From a virus (Duplodnaviria > Caudoviricetes): 64,000 nt of DNA. Positions 1 to 10,280 of this stretch are shown here, one piece after another. Position 1 is the first letter of the stretch. Each line of letters starts with the position of its first letter. The position numbers were made by a program, and so were the translations under genes. Location: the IMG/VR virus record IMGVR_UViG_3300046490_000096, positions 17,161-81,160 of that record. One strand, written 5' to 3'. The notes below the pieces were generated by a model. The model did not search any database. It worked only from the letters and a program-made list of their open reading frames with translations, and was not told the origin of the DNA.

Positions 1-1
1 C

Positions 2-526
2 GCTCTCGAAAATGTCTAGCCCGCTCGCCGCAAGTAGCAGGGTCTTGGTCACGGGGTCAACCGCGATGCTGTCCCACAGGTACGCCCCCACGCTCCAAGC
101 CTCCCACGAGCCGGGAAGTGTTTGGTGCAGCTTCGAGGGTGTTAGCTTCGATTCCGACGCCCAGCGCGCTAAATAATTCGTAGTTCCTGTGCCGGTCTGA
201 ACGCTCGTTGGCAGCACCGAAACGTCCACCTTCGTGTCGCTGTCCAGGCACGGAATCCCGTTGGCCGTGTTGCTGCAAATGTCAGAGGGAACGATGGTCG
301 ATGTCGAGCAGGCGGCAATTGTGGCGCCGCTTGTGTTGGGAAGGTTGAGCGTGAATCCGGGCGTCTGCGAGCAAAGCAGCTTCTTCGTCGTCGCTCCTAC
401 GAACGCGCGCGCGCCGCCGGCCGCATCGTCGGTTTCCGGAGTAGTCGAGAATCCCCATGCGCCTGGGCCCAAGATCGCGAGTCCAAGGGCGAGGCCGAGG
501 AGAAGGCTAAGAACGCGACTGTGCAT
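2..526 (-). CDS. Hypothetical secreted or virion protein, runs off the left edge (partial)
   Basis: Translated by hand because it is absent from the ORF track: MHSRVLSLLLGLALGLAILGPGAWG (signal-peptide-like) then a Thr/Ser/Cys-rich region, open to the window start. Directly follows 534..1250. Confidence 0.6.
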   Translation of the reverse strand, partial: MHSRVLSLLLGLALGLAILGPGAWGFSTTPETDDAAGGARAFVGATTKKLLCSQTPGFTLNLPNTSGATIAACSTSTIVPSDICSNTANGIPCLDSDTKVDVSVLPTSVQTGTGTTNYLARWASESKLTPSKLHQTLPGSWEAWSVGAYLWDSIAVDPVTKTLLLAASGLDIFES

Positions 527-533
527 GGTTGTC

Positions 534-1250
534 CTATTGGGTAATGGTGAGAATTTGGAAGGCGAGCTTGGCCAGATCGTAGAAGCCGTCTATCGTCGCC
601 GGCTCCGTGAGCGTCACGCTCTGGTCGGAGCCAGGGCGCGCCGGGGTGATGAAGGGGCGGGCCGTTCCCGGCAAAACCGCCATGCTCTCTATCGTGACGA
701 GGTTGGTGGGCGAGCTGTCCACCAGAATGCGGAAGGGTGCGCCGTCCCCAAAGTTGGTCGAGTCGATGCCGGCCAATACTCCGCCGGTCACTACCACGCG
801 GACAACATCGAACCCCGGAGGGAACACGACCACACCTGCGCCGGTGACCGCGCCGACGCCGATGTGCGCCGGGATGATGGGAGGCGGCGAAGGTGGAGTG
901 GGGGCGGGCCCGACGTGAATCCTCGGCGACACCCTGGCCACTCCGTTCTCAAGGCGGTAGACGCGAGTGGCGTCCGCAGGATCGTAGAGCTCGACGAGGT
1001 ATTCGTAGCTTTCCAGCTCCGCGGCAGTTCTGCCACAAGCCGGGATGGCCAAGGTCTGGGCCGGGGTGAGGGTCAGGGCGATCTTCTCGCCAAGGCGGGC
1101 CGGGACCGTCACCGTGGGGGCCGCGAACACGTAGTCGCACTTGCTGATGAAGGCTCGCCCGAGCAGGCTCGTGTAGTCCAGGTCGGTGGCAATGCTGCGC
1201 GACCAGGCGGCGCCTTGCTCGATGTAGGGATTGTAGGACGTGGCTGCCAT
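534..1250 (-). CDS. Putative tail/baseplate-associated structural protein
   Basis: Beta-rich N-terminal domain (IEQGAAWSRS...YEYLVEL...RLENGVARVSPRI), a Pro linker and a second beta domain. Located in the baseplate module. Confidence 0.5.
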   Translation of the reverse strand: MAATSYNPYIEQGAAWSRSIATDLDYTSLLGRAFISKCDYVFAAPTVTVPARLGEKIALTLTPAQTLAIPACGRTAAELESYEYLVELYDPADATRVYRLENGVARVSPRIHVGPAPTPPSPPPIIPAHIGVGAVTGAGVVVFPPGFDVVRVVVTGGVLAGIDSTNFGDGAPFRILVDSSPTNLVTIESMAVLPGTARPFITPARPGSDQSVTLTEPATIDGFYDLAKLAFQILTITQ

Positions 1251-1262
1251 GGGTCGATCCTA

Positions 1263-2021
1263 TCATTTCTTCAGGTAGAGCGTATTGGACAGGAACCTGT
1301 TGGCAGCGGCGGACGACAGTTGAAACGCCGCCAGAGCCTTTCCGAAATCCGCGAATCCCGGAGCCAGGGGTGCCAAGGGGCCAGTGCACGCGGCCACGAG
1401 GGCAGCAACGGCGGTCGTCATGTCTTGCAGCATCGTGTCTTCGGCTTGCCGATAGCCCGTGCCCAGAACCCCCTGTTCGGAAGCGCTGCCGTCTCCCTGG
1501 AGAATCTTCGAGGCCACCGTGGTCACGGTCCCGGCCTGCTCGATCAGGACTTGAGCACCTCCGGCCGTCCGAATGTCAATGTCCCCCTTGCGCGCGTAGA
1601 TGAGCCGACGCTTGTTGTCGAAAATCGGGACTCCCGAGGTCATCGGCTGCTTGTTCGAACGGCTGTGCACAATCGCGATGATGACCGGGGTCATGAGGTC
1701 GCCGTCCGGACACTCCACCACCACCTGATCGCCGGGGTGAATCGGCGAGATGTCTGCCACCTCCCCACCTTGCCCCCAAACAGCGGTTACTTTCTGGCCG
1801 AGAGGTTCAAGGATGACGTCGCATTCTACTCCCTCCGGACCTATCCAAACCGCGTGCGGGTCGGTGTAGTCGATCTCCCCGGAGTCGTCGACAGTGGCCA
1901 CAGTGCCGCGACTAATCCAGTAGCGGGTGTCGAGACCTGGCGAGGCGAGGCCTTCCCGCATGGAAGCCGGGTCGAGCCCCCCGGTGGTGCGCGTGCCGAA
2001 CCTGTGCGAAGAAGACTTCAC
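1263..2021 (-). CDS. Baseplate central spike (gpV/gp45-like)
   Basis: OB-fold-like N-terminus (PIHPGDQVVVECPDGDL..PVIIAIV) followed by short beta repeats. Immediately downstream of the hub gene. Confidence 0.7.
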   Translation of the reverse strand: MKSSSHRFGTRTTGGLDPASMREGLASPGLDTRYWISRGTVATVDDSGEIDYTDPHAVWIGPEGVECDVILEPLGQKVTAVWGQGGEVADISPIHPGDQVVVECPDGDLMTPVIIAIVHSRSNKQPMTSGVPIFDNKRRLIYARKGDIDIRTAGGAQVLIEQAGTVTTVASKILQGDGSASEQGVLGTGYRQAEDTMLQDMTTAVAALVAACTGPLAPLAPGFADFGKALAAFQLSSAAANRFLSNTLYLKK

Positions 2022-4240
2022 GGTTGGCCCTTCTGCGCCGCTGCGCCTGCGTCCTCTTTGAGCTGGGCACTCTTCTTGGCGTCCGCCGAGGTCTTTGCCG
2101 CCTTCTTCCCTGGCTTCTTGAGCTTACGCCGGTCGTTCATGTCCCGGCTTTCCTGGTTCATTCCGGACGGGTCGTTGTCGCTCATGAAGTTGACCAGCTC
2201 CATGGTAGCCGAGAATCCGCCGCTGGAGCCGTCTTCGGCCGAGCACTTCACCTTGATACTGCGAACGTAGAAGATGTCCGGAATCTTGGCCGCATTGTAG
2301 GCTCGCTGGATTCGCTGTACCACCAAGTCGATGGGAGCCGATGACGTGGCGGACATCGTGGACAGCCAGTTGCCCCAGCGTGATTGCTGCTGGCGAATCA
2401 GTGCCCCGATGTTGTTTCCCTTGGAACCGTAGAAGTCCGACAGCGTCGAGATGATGAGGTTGCCATCCTTCTGGCTGGCTACGGTCACGCGCACGGGAGT
2501 GCCCGCGCACAGGCGCATGATGTCGGGGTCGGCGTTCTCGTTCACCACTAGGTTCTGTCGCTCCAAGCTCGCCACCGGATCCATGTAGCTGGACAGGTCG
2601 TCGGTTTCGAGCTCGATGGAAAGCTCGGCCCGTGTGAGCTGGTGGTAGATGGCAACCGCCGCGTCCTCGAGCTGCTTGATCGTCCTCACCCCCTGAAGCA
2701 CGAACGTCCGGACGATGTCGACCTTGCCCCCACCCTTGCCGGTTTGCTTTCGCGCTTTTCCCGTGGGCTTCTTGGCGCCCTTGGCTGCGGAGTGGATGTC
2801 CTTGCCCGTCACCGGGAACCGCGCCTTCATCACACGCAACGCTGCGGAGGCGTCTGGGTTGTAGGCCCGCACCTCGACGGCGGTCGGCCGCGTGCGCCCC
2901 ATCTTGCGGGAGAGCTTCATCGACTTGATGTTGTGCCCCCACACCATGAAGCGGACATCGGATGTCCAGGCAGGGGCGTCGCCATCCTTGAACGAGCGAT
3001 TGAAGCGATCTCGCGAGCCGCCCTTCACGCGAATGTGGTCGTCCGTGATGTCGTCCAGAAACCCCTGTGGCGGAGTCAGCAAGTAGTAATTGCCAATGTC
3101 GTTCTTCGGGCCGAACGTGACCACGGTCTTCCCGCCGTCCATGGAGCCGGTGAGCGGTGGATCTTTGTCGGTGGTTACCGCCGACAGGGCCGGCTGGTAG
3201 AGCGGCATGCACCCGCACAGTTCGCACGCCTGCACGATGAGATCCAAGATGCTCATTCCGTCGGGCGTAACAGACTTCGGAGGCATTGAAGACTGGCCGT
3301 TCTGGGCGCTGTCTCCGATCCCCTCGGCGTCGACCTGAGTGCCTGGCTCCTCGGTTTGCGGAGGGGGCTCTTGCCCCGGCTGCGCGCCGTTGGACTGGTT
3401 GCGGCTCTTGGCGCTCTGGAGCGAGCGGAGCAGGTCTTTCCGTCCGAGCTTAGGCTCTGTCGCTGGGTCGGCGGCGAACCACACAGCCTTGAACGGATCC
3501 CCTCCAGCATCCCCCGAGGTGGGAGGGTACTGCGACAGGATGCGGTTGACGTAGGTCGTGAGGAACTCCTCGCTGCCCTTGGGCGAGTAGGCCGGCGCAT
3601 GCGGATTGATCTTCCCGTCGATGAGCGTCGCCTCATAGCTCCTGGCCTTGATATGGATCGAGGCTTCGTTGTCCGAGTGGCTCATCTCGGGCATGTCGAC
3701 GTAGCCGTTGAACCGGCGAATGCAGGTCTTCGATGGGTTGGGCTTCAGGTGCCAGTTGTCCGGCGTGCCGAACTCCTCTGCGCTCACCGTTCCAAGCCAA
3801 CCCTCAACCCGGCACTCTCGAATGATACGCGGGTCCAGAGGCATGTCGACGAAGGGGAAGGTTGCCGTGAGCACGTCCGCCTCTCGAAATCCGCGGTCTT
3901 CGATTTCGATCTCGCTGGGCACGGTGATGAACTGGATCGAAAACTCGTCGCCCTTCTTGCCGTCCACCGCTGCGCCTCTTGGCAGCCTGGCCTTCTGGGC
4001 CACGAGGTTGCGATTCGTCGCTCGGAGCTTCGCCGCGTACCCCATGGACGAAGTGAAGGCCGCTTCTTCCTCGGTGATCTGGTGTTCGTTCTTGGCGATC
4101 TGGGCGTCGATTTCTTTCGCCTTGGTGGCGTAGGGTTTGTCCCCGGTGTTTTCCGTGGAATCGTCGGCTGCACCGAAGTCCTCAAGTCGAACGTACAACT
4201 GCAAGAACCACGCGGGTCGGTAGTGTCTAGCCTCCGGCAT
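2018..4240 (-). CDS. Baseplate hub (gpD/gp44/gp27-like)
   Basis: 740 aa between tube initiator and spike. Features typical of hubs (IHIKARSYEATLID, SIKSMKLSRK, VRSIKVKCS...FSATMEL). Confidence 0.65.
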   Translation of the reverse strand: MPEARHYRPAWFLQLYVRLEDFGAADDSTENTGDKPYATKAKEIDAQIAKNEHQITEEEAAFTSSMGYAAKLRATNRNLVAQKARLPRGAAVDGKKGDEFSIQFITVPSEIEIEDRGFREADVLTATFPFVDMPLDPRIIRECRVEGWLGTVSAEEFGTPDNWHLKPNPSKTCIRRFNGYVDMPEMSHSDNEASIHIKARSYEATLIDGKINPHAPAYSPKGSEEFLTTYVNRILSQYPPTSGDAGGDPFKAVWFAADPATEPKLGRKDLLRSLQSAKSRNQSNGAQPGQEPPPQTEEPGTQVDAEGIGDSAQNGQSSMPPKSVTPDGMSILDLIVQACELCGCMPLYQPALSAVTTDKDPPLTGSMDGGKTVVTFGPKNDIGNYYLLTPPQGFLDDITDDHIRVKGGSRDRFNRSFKDGDAPAWTSDVRFMVWGHNIKSMKLSRKMGRTRPTAVEVRAYNPDASAALRVMKARFPVTGKDIHSAAKGAKKPTGKARKQTGKGGGKVDIVRTFVLQGVRTIKQLEDAAVAIYHQLTRAELSIELETDDLSSYMDPVASLERQNLVVNENADPDIMRLCAGTPVRVTVASQKDGNLIISTLSDFYGSKGNNIGALIRQQQSRWGNWLSTMSATSSAPIDLVVQRIQRAYNAAKIPDIFYVRSIKVKCSAEDGSSGGFSATMELVNFMSDNDPSGMNQESRDMNDRRKLKKPGKKAAKTSADAKKSAQLKEDAGAAAQKGQP

Positions 4241-5507
4241 TGACCTGCTCCGCGCCCCATAAACTTGCCATCATGGCAGCGTAGGCCGTTGGGTCCGGGA
4301 TCAGGATGGGCGGGGCTCCTGTGTCGCTCGGACCCGTGGGCGCGGCTTGGACCTCGCTTGTATCCATGTCGTTCATGTCAGCGATAAGCACCCACATGTC
4401 AGGATCGCCCCATCGCCGGAACGCTTCGTCGCGCAGGTCGCTCCCCGCCGGCGGCCGAATTTCCGCAACCACAAGCGGGTGAATCTGGGCCGCCAGCGCC
4501 GCGGCCTGTCTGACGCAAGCCTCGGCCTGGGCGTCGGTGGTCTGCATGATGCCGAACTGCTGGTTCATGCCGTCCATCTGCGCCAGCGGGTCGTCGGTAG
4601 GGAATAGGGCTAGCTTCGCTTCCTTGGCTTGCTGGCCGGCGAACATGGAGGCTTTGATCCATTCCTGGCCCGTGAGTCCCTCGGCAACCGGCCAAAGCCC
4701 TGCGACAGCATCGTATGCGGCCCGGACGTTCATGCAAGTCCCCACCACCCGAGCGCACGCCCCGCGCACGCGCTCCATGACACTGGCAGGAAGCTCGGCG
4801 CCGTCTTGGATGACTCCGGCCGCATAGTCCAGCTCGGTCATGGCATTGGCAAAGGCGCTCTGAGCATCGTCGAGGGTGCCGTTGACGAACGCCATGGCTC
4901 CGGTGCCGGTCGAGATGAAGCGCTCAATCGACTCCTGCCAGCTCGCAATCTCGCCGGACGTTTCCTCGAGCGAGCTTGCCAGAAACCCGAATTCGTCGAT
5001 CTTGGTGGCCATGGCCGACGGTCCGGCCGCAAAGGTTGGCGTCTGGGTCTGGAGTGCCTCGCCCTTCCATTCGAACGTGATGGACCACTCGACGATCTGG
5101 GCGATCTCCCACTTGGGATCGATGCTCTTGATGATCCCCCGGCGAGTGATCCCGACGTCGTTGAAGTCACCCGTGGCGCCTCCGCCCCAGCGAACCTCGA
5201 CGGGGAACCCATGCTCGACCACGTACTCGATTTGCCGCACGAGAGCCCGCGCGTTTCCGGGCCCAAGGGCGGCGTCGTACCAGACACCGTTGATCGTGGT
5301 GTCGTCCTTCGTCGAACCAAAGACCTGCTGCGTTCCCACGGGGTTTCCAGGGTAATAGGTGGTCTTTGAGCGCATCTTGGTGGGGAATCTCGCCCCCTTG
5401 AACGGAAGCATGGTCCCCACGAGCTCAAGCGTGGTGGTCTTGTCCGCGTCCCCGAGGTTGCCTTCGAGAATCTGAATCGCAAAGCTCGTGGCCTGGGAGT
5501 CAGCCAT
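4227..5507 (-). CDS. Tail tube initiator / DNA-circularisation-like baseplate protein with degenerate C-terminal LysM-like segment
   Basis: Directly after the tape measure. Tube-like beta N-terminus, helical middle, and C-terminal AFRRWGDPDMWVLIADMN resembling LysM/gpX. Confidence 0.6.
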   Translation of the reverse strand: MADSQATSFAIQILEGNLGDADKTTTLELVGTMLPFKGARFPTKMRSKTTYYPGNPVGTQQVFGSTKDDTTINGVWYDAALGPGNARALVRQIEYVVEHGFPVEVRWGGGATGDFNDVGITRRGIIKSIDPKWEIAQIVEWSITFEWKGEALQTQTPTFAAGPSAMATKIDEFGFLASSLEETSGEIASWQESIERFISTGTGAMAFVNGTLDDAQSAFANAMTELDYAAGVIQDGAELPASVMERVRGACARVVGTCMNVRAAYDAVAGLWPVAEGLTGQEWIKASMFAGQQAKEAKLALFPTDDPLAQMDGMNQQFGIMQTTDAQAEACVRQAAALAAQIHPLVVAEIRPPAGSDLRDEAFRRWGDPDMWVLIADMNDMDTSEVQAAPTGPSDTGAPPILIPDPTAYAAMMASLWGAEQVNAGG

Positions 5508-7342
5508 CAGACGCCTCCCCTCACGTGCAGTCGGCTCGTCCCGGGACTGTTCGCCAGCCCGGAGATCTCATTCGTGACCTTGTGGAAGACGCGGTCGGGG
5601 TCGGCCTCTTTGAAGTCCTGGGTGATGGTCAGGTTCTGGATGTTGACGTTTCCAGAGCCGGGATGCTTTCGCTTATTAGGATCGAATTCCTTCTCCCCGG
5701 CGAAGAGGGCCGCCGAATATTCGTTCATAGCTGCCGCGATTTCGCGCCCGATTTCCGTGGGCGCGGCAGCCAGTCCTCCAGCCGTGGTCTTGTGGACCAT
5801 CTGCGGCATGAGATAGTTCATCTGGCGCACCATGGCCATGGCCGTTTCGGAGGGAAGAGCCGCTAGCATCCCGCCCACTCCCTCGGCAGTGAACTTCTGT
5901 CCCTGCTTCATGCCCATGGCAGCAAAGGCAGACTTCATGCTCGCCGTCGCGACCTCACGCGACTCCGCCCCGCGCCCGCCCTGAAGGGCCTTTACCGAGC
6001 GTTCGAAGTTATGGGTTGCCGTCAGAAACGCTCCGGCGTTTCGCCCCTTCTGCAGTCCCTCGGTTTGCTTCGAGTCGATCCACTTGGCCAGCCCATCGGC
6101 TGCCACGTAGAGTCCTCCGAGCGCCTCGGTCACCATGAGCGCCTTCCCAGCGAGGCCAGCCAGCTTGCCGATAGTGTCGCTCATGCCGGGGCGAAGTGTC
6201 GCAGCCATCTCGGCGCCGACCTTGCCGGCAATCCCCGATCCGTTCACGTTCACCACGGAGGCCGTAACATTCATCGCCCCCACCGCGCCGAGTGCTCCGG
6301 CCACCCCGCCCGCCGATCCACCTTTGGACGCCATTCCGGCGAGGGCGCCGGACAGCTTTGAGGCGGCGAACATTCCCAGCAGGATCTTCCAATGGCTGGC
6401 GATGAACACTGTCGCGGACTTGATCGTATTGAAGGCCGACGCCACCTTCTCTCCGTAGATGGTCACGAGGCTCTTTCCGTCCTCTTTGACCGTGCGAATT
6501 TTCTGCACCCATTCGCTCAAGCTCTTGGACTGCTCCCGAAAAATAGGGCCTCCCAAGTCTTCGAGCATCTTGTTGACCAAGGCGTGGGCTTCGAACATGG
6601 AGCCTGCCATATTGTCGCCGACCTTCTGCGCGACAGGGACCATGCCCTTGAGCCCCTTCTCAAGCTTTTTGAACATCTCCTCTGTGTTGACCGCACCCTT
6701 CATCTTCTTGCCCGCCGAGCTGATGTCGAGAGCTTCCTTCATGGCCATTTGGAACGGCCCGAATCCGCGAATCCTCCCGGTCATCATGGCGCGGGTTACA
6801 GTCGAAACCGCTTCGCTTCCAGAGATGCCGTAGACCTTGGCCGCAGCGGTCATCTCCTCGGTCAGCTCGACGACCTGCTTTTGGTTCATTCCTAGCTTGC
6901 TGTAGCCGAGAGCTGCAACCTGGCTGAACGTCTGGCCCAGTTCTTCCAACGGCGTGCGGAGTTTGACCTCCATTCCCTCAAGCTCTTCCGTAATGTCGGA
7001 GGCTTGCTTCATGGAGTGGGTCATCTTGTCGATTTGCGAGATGCCAGGCCTCCACCCCTGGAAACCGAACTGAGCACCCGCCACGCTCTTGCGGACTCGG
7101 TCCATTTCGAGGTTGGCTTCCTTGGCCTTCTCATAGACAGAGTGCAGACCAAAACCCAGCCCCATGGCGGCGAGAGAGCCCATCGCGAACTCTCGCACCG
7201 TCTCCCCGACCTTCTCCCTGGCGCCCTCCGCCGCGTGCTTGACCCGCTCGAAAGCGTGTCCGATCTTCTCGCCGACAGACGACGCGTTGACATCGGTGGC
7301 CCGGAATTCGAGGCCTTCTACGTGGGTGGAATTCTCGCTCAT
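5507..7342 (-). CDS. Tape measure protein
   Basis: 611 aa, Ala/Gly/Met-rich and helical with hydrophobic stretches. Follows the tail assembly chaperone. Confidence 0.85.
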   Translation of the reverse strand: MSENSTHVEGLEFRATDVNASSVGEKIGHAFERVKHAAEGAREKVGETVREFAMGSLAAMGLGFGLHSVYEKAKEANLEMDRVRKSVAGAQFGFQGWRPGISQIDKMTHSMKQASDITEELEGMEVKLRTPLEELGQTFSQVAALGYSKLGMNQKQVVELTEEMTAAAKVYGISGSEAVSTVTRAMMTGRIRGFGPFQMAMKEALDISSAGKKMKGAVNTEEMFKKLEKGLKGMVPVAQKVGDNMAGSMFEAHALVNKMLEDLGGPIFREQSKSLSEWVQKIRTVKEDGKSLVTIYGEKVASAFNTIKSATVFIASHWKILLGMFAASKLSGALAGMASKGGSAGGVAGALGAVGAMNVTASVVNVNGSGIAGKVGAEMAATLRPGMSDTIGKLAGLAGKALMVTEALGGLYVAADGLAKWIDSKQTEGLQKGRNAGAFLTATHNFERSVKALQGGRGAESREVATASMKSAFAAMGMKQGQKFTAEGVGGMLAALPSETAMAMVRQMNYLMPQMVHKTTAGGLAAAPTEIGREIAAAMNEYSAALFAGEKEFDPNKRKHPGSGNVNIQNLTITQDFKEADPDRVFHKVTNEISGLANSPGTSRLHVRGGV

Positions 7343-7536
7343 CCGGATCTGCCTGCCTTGTTTTCCTGTTCAATGCACCATTCGAGTGCTTTTGCGAATT
7401 CCTCCGCCTGCGCCGATGTCAGCCTAGCTATCTCTGATAGTGGTTGGTGTCCGTTCCTTGCTACAAAAGCGATGTTGCGCCAGAGCGTCTGCCTGTGCTT
7501 CTCTAGTCGACGGTCACTTTCTCGCTGGCTAAAAAA
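7339..7536 (-). other. -1 frameshift extension of the tail assembly chaperone (gpGT-like)
   Basis: GCT TTT TTA heptamer at 7530-7536. The -1 frame is open: ...SQRESDRRLEKHRQTLWRNIAFVARNGHQPLSEIARLTSAQAEEFAKALEWCIEQENKAGRSG*. Its TGA overlaps the tape measure ATG. Confidence 0.8.
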
Positions 7537-7931
7537 GCGGTCGTTGCCCCAACGGTCGGCAGCGAAATGGCGGAGAACCCGCGAAGGATCAGCTCACGAC
7601 ATGCCTGGCTGAGCCCAGCAAAGAAGGTTTCCTTCTCGTTGTTCGTCCAGGTGATGTTCTTGCCATCCGCCGACACGAGGGCACGCAGAGCCCCTTCGTA
7701 TTGGTAGGGAGTCTTGCGAGTCTCGGACGCCTGCAGCGCCTGCAGCTCTTCCGCGTAGGTCAACTGGCGCATCGTCACAGTCACAGGATCGGTGGCCAGC
7801 TCGCGCACGCCCTTCTGAAGGAGGTTGCCCTTGTCATCCCGGATGTCGTCCGGAATCGTGAAGGTGTGCTTCGGAATCTTTCCCAGGAGCGTCTGCTCGA
7901 TGCTCCCCGGATTCGCAAGGTTCTCGGCCAT
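7503..7931 (-). CDS. Tail assembly chaperone (gpG-like)
   Basis: Lies between tube and tape measure. A slippery T TTT TTA heptamer occurs near its 3' end. Confidence 0.8.
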   Translation of the reverse strand: MAENLANPGSIEQTLLGKIPKHTFTIPDDIRDDKGNLLQKGVRELATDPVTVTMRQLTYAEELQALQASETRKTPYQYEGALRALVSADGKNITWTNNEKETFFAGLSQACRELILRGFSAISLPTVGATTAFLASEKVTVD

Positions 7932-7958
7932 GATGTTCTCTCCCTCTGTTGGCCCAGC

Positions 7959-8399
7959 TTAGAAGCTGGGAATGTAGCTGGTAGCCTTCCAAGAAAACGC
8001 CATGGTCGCGAAGCTGTCGCGGCCAGAGGCGTTGAAGTCGCCCACGGTTTCGTAGTGGGTGTCCGGGAATGTGATGCGGAACAGGTTCCCGCTGGGAAAC
8101 TGCAACCGAATCCCGAGATTGATCTGGACGTCCCGCGGCCCGGCCTGGCGCGCACGCTGGTAAATCTGATTCTGCAGCGTGAAGGGCGCGACGTTCTCCG
8201 GGACGATGTTGAACGAGCCCGAGCACTCCTCGAAGATTTCCCGCTGACGGTTCCCGGGCTCTCCCAGGTAGCCCTCGGAGATGAGCTTCACGCCCAGTTT
8301 CCAGGTCAAGTCCTTGATCGTGGTGATCTCACTGAGCAGAACACCGCTACTCGTCACCCGGAGGGTAATTTCGTTGCCAAGAATTCGGAAATCGGCCAT
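7959..8399 (-). CDS. Tail tube protein
   Basis: 146 aa beta-rich protein directly downstream of the sheath. Confidence 0.8.
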   Translation of the reverse strand: MADFRILGNEITLRVTSSGVLLSEITTIKDLTWKLGVKLISEGYLGEPGNRQREIFEECSGSFNIVPENVAPFTLQNQIYQRARQAGPRDVQINLGIRLQFPSGNLFRITFPDTHYETVGDFNASGRDSFATMAFSWKATSYIPSF

Positions 8400-8411
8400 G
8401 GGAGAGTCTCC

Positions 8412-10271
8412 TTATGCGATCTGGGTGATCACGACGTTAGGCCCGATGGCCGACTTGATGACGATAGCCTTCATCGATCCGAACATCACGATCGAGAGCT
8501 GGAAGAAGAAGATTCCCTGGGCGTTGATCTTCTGGGTGTTGCCCGCCGCCGCCCCGTCAAGGACCTGGTAGTCGGACGCGCGAGCGGCGATGCCAGGCGC
8601 CGGGTTCACGAGCTGGTCGCAGTATGCCTTCATGTCGCCCGTGAAGGCGTCCTGCCTCTCGGTGATGCCTGGGAGCTTGGAATAGGCCGCGGCTAGTCCG
8701 GCGATCACATCCTGAACCTCGTCCGCAAAAGAGCGGCGATTGTCGTCGATGCGGTTGGCGTAGATACTCGTCGGGTCTGCCCCGGTCAGACCAGAGTAGA
8801 ACCACCATCCCGCGGCCCGGTCCTTGACGAGCCACGAGATACGCGCCGCCTTCATAGTTACGTAGTCCGCCTCAAGAAGTGGCGTCGCGGCGAAGGCTGG
8901 CTCTTGGGCGTCGATGTTTTGGATAGTGGAGTTGTAGGGGGTTCCGACCGAGGTCAGGAATTCCGAACGCCCATCGTTGAAGAGGTTGACCTTCATGGCC
9001 GCGCGAGTGCCGCACGAGCTGATGGTGATGTCCCGGTTGAGTTCCGTCGAAAACACCTGCACGTAGGGGCCCGACGCCCAGTATCGATCAGCGTCCGCCC
9101 CGACAACGGAGTCGGACGACATGAGGCCAAGGTAGACCGCCTTCTCGGCGATCTGTTCGGTCGCAGTGGCGGACTTGGCGGCCAGTCCGGTCACGCAAGC
9201 TACTCGGCCGCGTCCGATGGCGCTGGAGTCCTTGGCGTTCGTCCACAGGCTCGTCCGCATGTGCGACGGGGTGACACTGGACATCTTGTAGTTTCTGGCC
9301 GACCAAATCGCGACGATGTCGTTCGTCGAGTCGATCCCGGGCTGCATCGACACGATGGCCGCTGCGTAGGTGGAAGCGTTGCAATCCGCGAGAGTGGAAG
9401 GCGTGGCGCCTCCACCCGATGCCGCGTAAACGTCCGCCGCCGCCGCCGATAGGTTGATCGTTGACACGGTACCAGAAAGCACCGTTCCGCCATTCACTCC
9501 GGGCAGAGGATTCGAGACCGCCACCCCGTCGATCAGCGTGTCGATGAGGTTGGACTGCGCCGATATCGCGCCGATGGTGGTAATGGTCACGCTCTTTACG
9601 ACCTTCACAAAAAATGCCGTCACGCCCATGGTGGCGCCCGTGGTGACGTAGGTCAGAATCCCGGTTGCAGGGTCTTGCGTGAAGTTGATTCCCAAGGCCA
9701 GTGTGCCAGTGCACGGAGTCCCAGCCGGAATGCGAACGGACTGAGATGTGGCAATGATGGTCGTCGCGGTAGAGAGGGCCTGGTCGGCGAACCGAGTGCC
9801 GGCAGGAATGATGATGTCCTTGTTGGTGGCTGTTGCTCCGGTATTCAAGTCCAGAGCGTTGACCGTAAGAGAGAACGAAACGAACGCCTTGGTCACGTGG
9901 TCGATCAGGACCATGTCGGTGTCGACTCGGCGAATGCAGAGGCCGGAGAAGGTCTTGCCCTTGAGTTCCGCCCAACCGTTGCCATCGAAGGCAACGCCCG
10001 AGCCGTTCTGGTCATCCACCGCAGGATCGAAGCTGCCCTGGCTGATGAGGGTGAACTTCGTGGGGTCGTTCATGTAAAGCGTCGAGATGTCCCCCGGCGT
10101 TTCCACTACGGTCGGGAGGAACGGCCCCTGGACGAACTCGGCCACGAGCCCGGCCTTGCCCGGCTTGGAACCGGCGGGGACTGCGTTGCCTGCGCTGTCC
10201 ACCGTGACGATGCGCTCTAGCTCCAGGAGCTTCTGAACGCTTGGCATGTCGGTTACGCGTAGCTGAAACAT
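8412..10271 (-). CDS. Contractile tail sheath protein
   Basis: 619 aa. Sheath-like N-terminus (AGLVAEFVQGPFLPTVVET) and C-terminus (RRSFADEVQD...DFKAYCDQL-like...GIFFFQLSIVMFGSMKAIVI). Confidence 0.85.
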   Translation of the reverse strand: MFQLRVTDMPSVQKLLELERIVTVDSAGNAVPAGSKPGKAGLVAEFVQGPFLPTVVETPGDISTLYMNDPTKFTLISQGSFDPAVDDQNGSGVAFDGNGWAELKGKTFSGLCIRRVDTDMVLIDHVTKAFVSFSLTVNALDLNTGATATNKDIIIPAGTRFADQALSTATTIIATSQSVRIPAGTPCTGTLALGINFTQDPATGILTYVTTGATMGVTAFFVKVVKSVTITTIGAISAQSNLIDTLIDGVAVSNPLPGVNGGTVLSGTVSTINLSAAAADVYAASGGGATPSTLADCNASTYAAAIVSMQPGIDSTNDIVAIWSARNYKMSSVTPSHMRTSLWTNAKDSSAIGRGRVACVTGLAAKSATATEQIAEKAVYLGLMSSDSVVGADADRYWASGPYVQVFSTELNRDITISSCGTRAAMKVNLFNDGRSEFLTSVGTPYNSTIQNIDAQEPAFAATPLLEADYVTMKAARISWLVKDRAAGWWFYSGLTGADPTSIYANRIDDNRRSFADEVQDVIAGLAAAYSKLPGITERQDAFTGDMKAYCDQLVNPAPGIAARASDYQVLDGAAAGNTQKINAQGIFFFQLSIVMFGSMKAIVIKSAIGPNVVITQIA

Positions 10272-10280
10272 GGATAGCTC

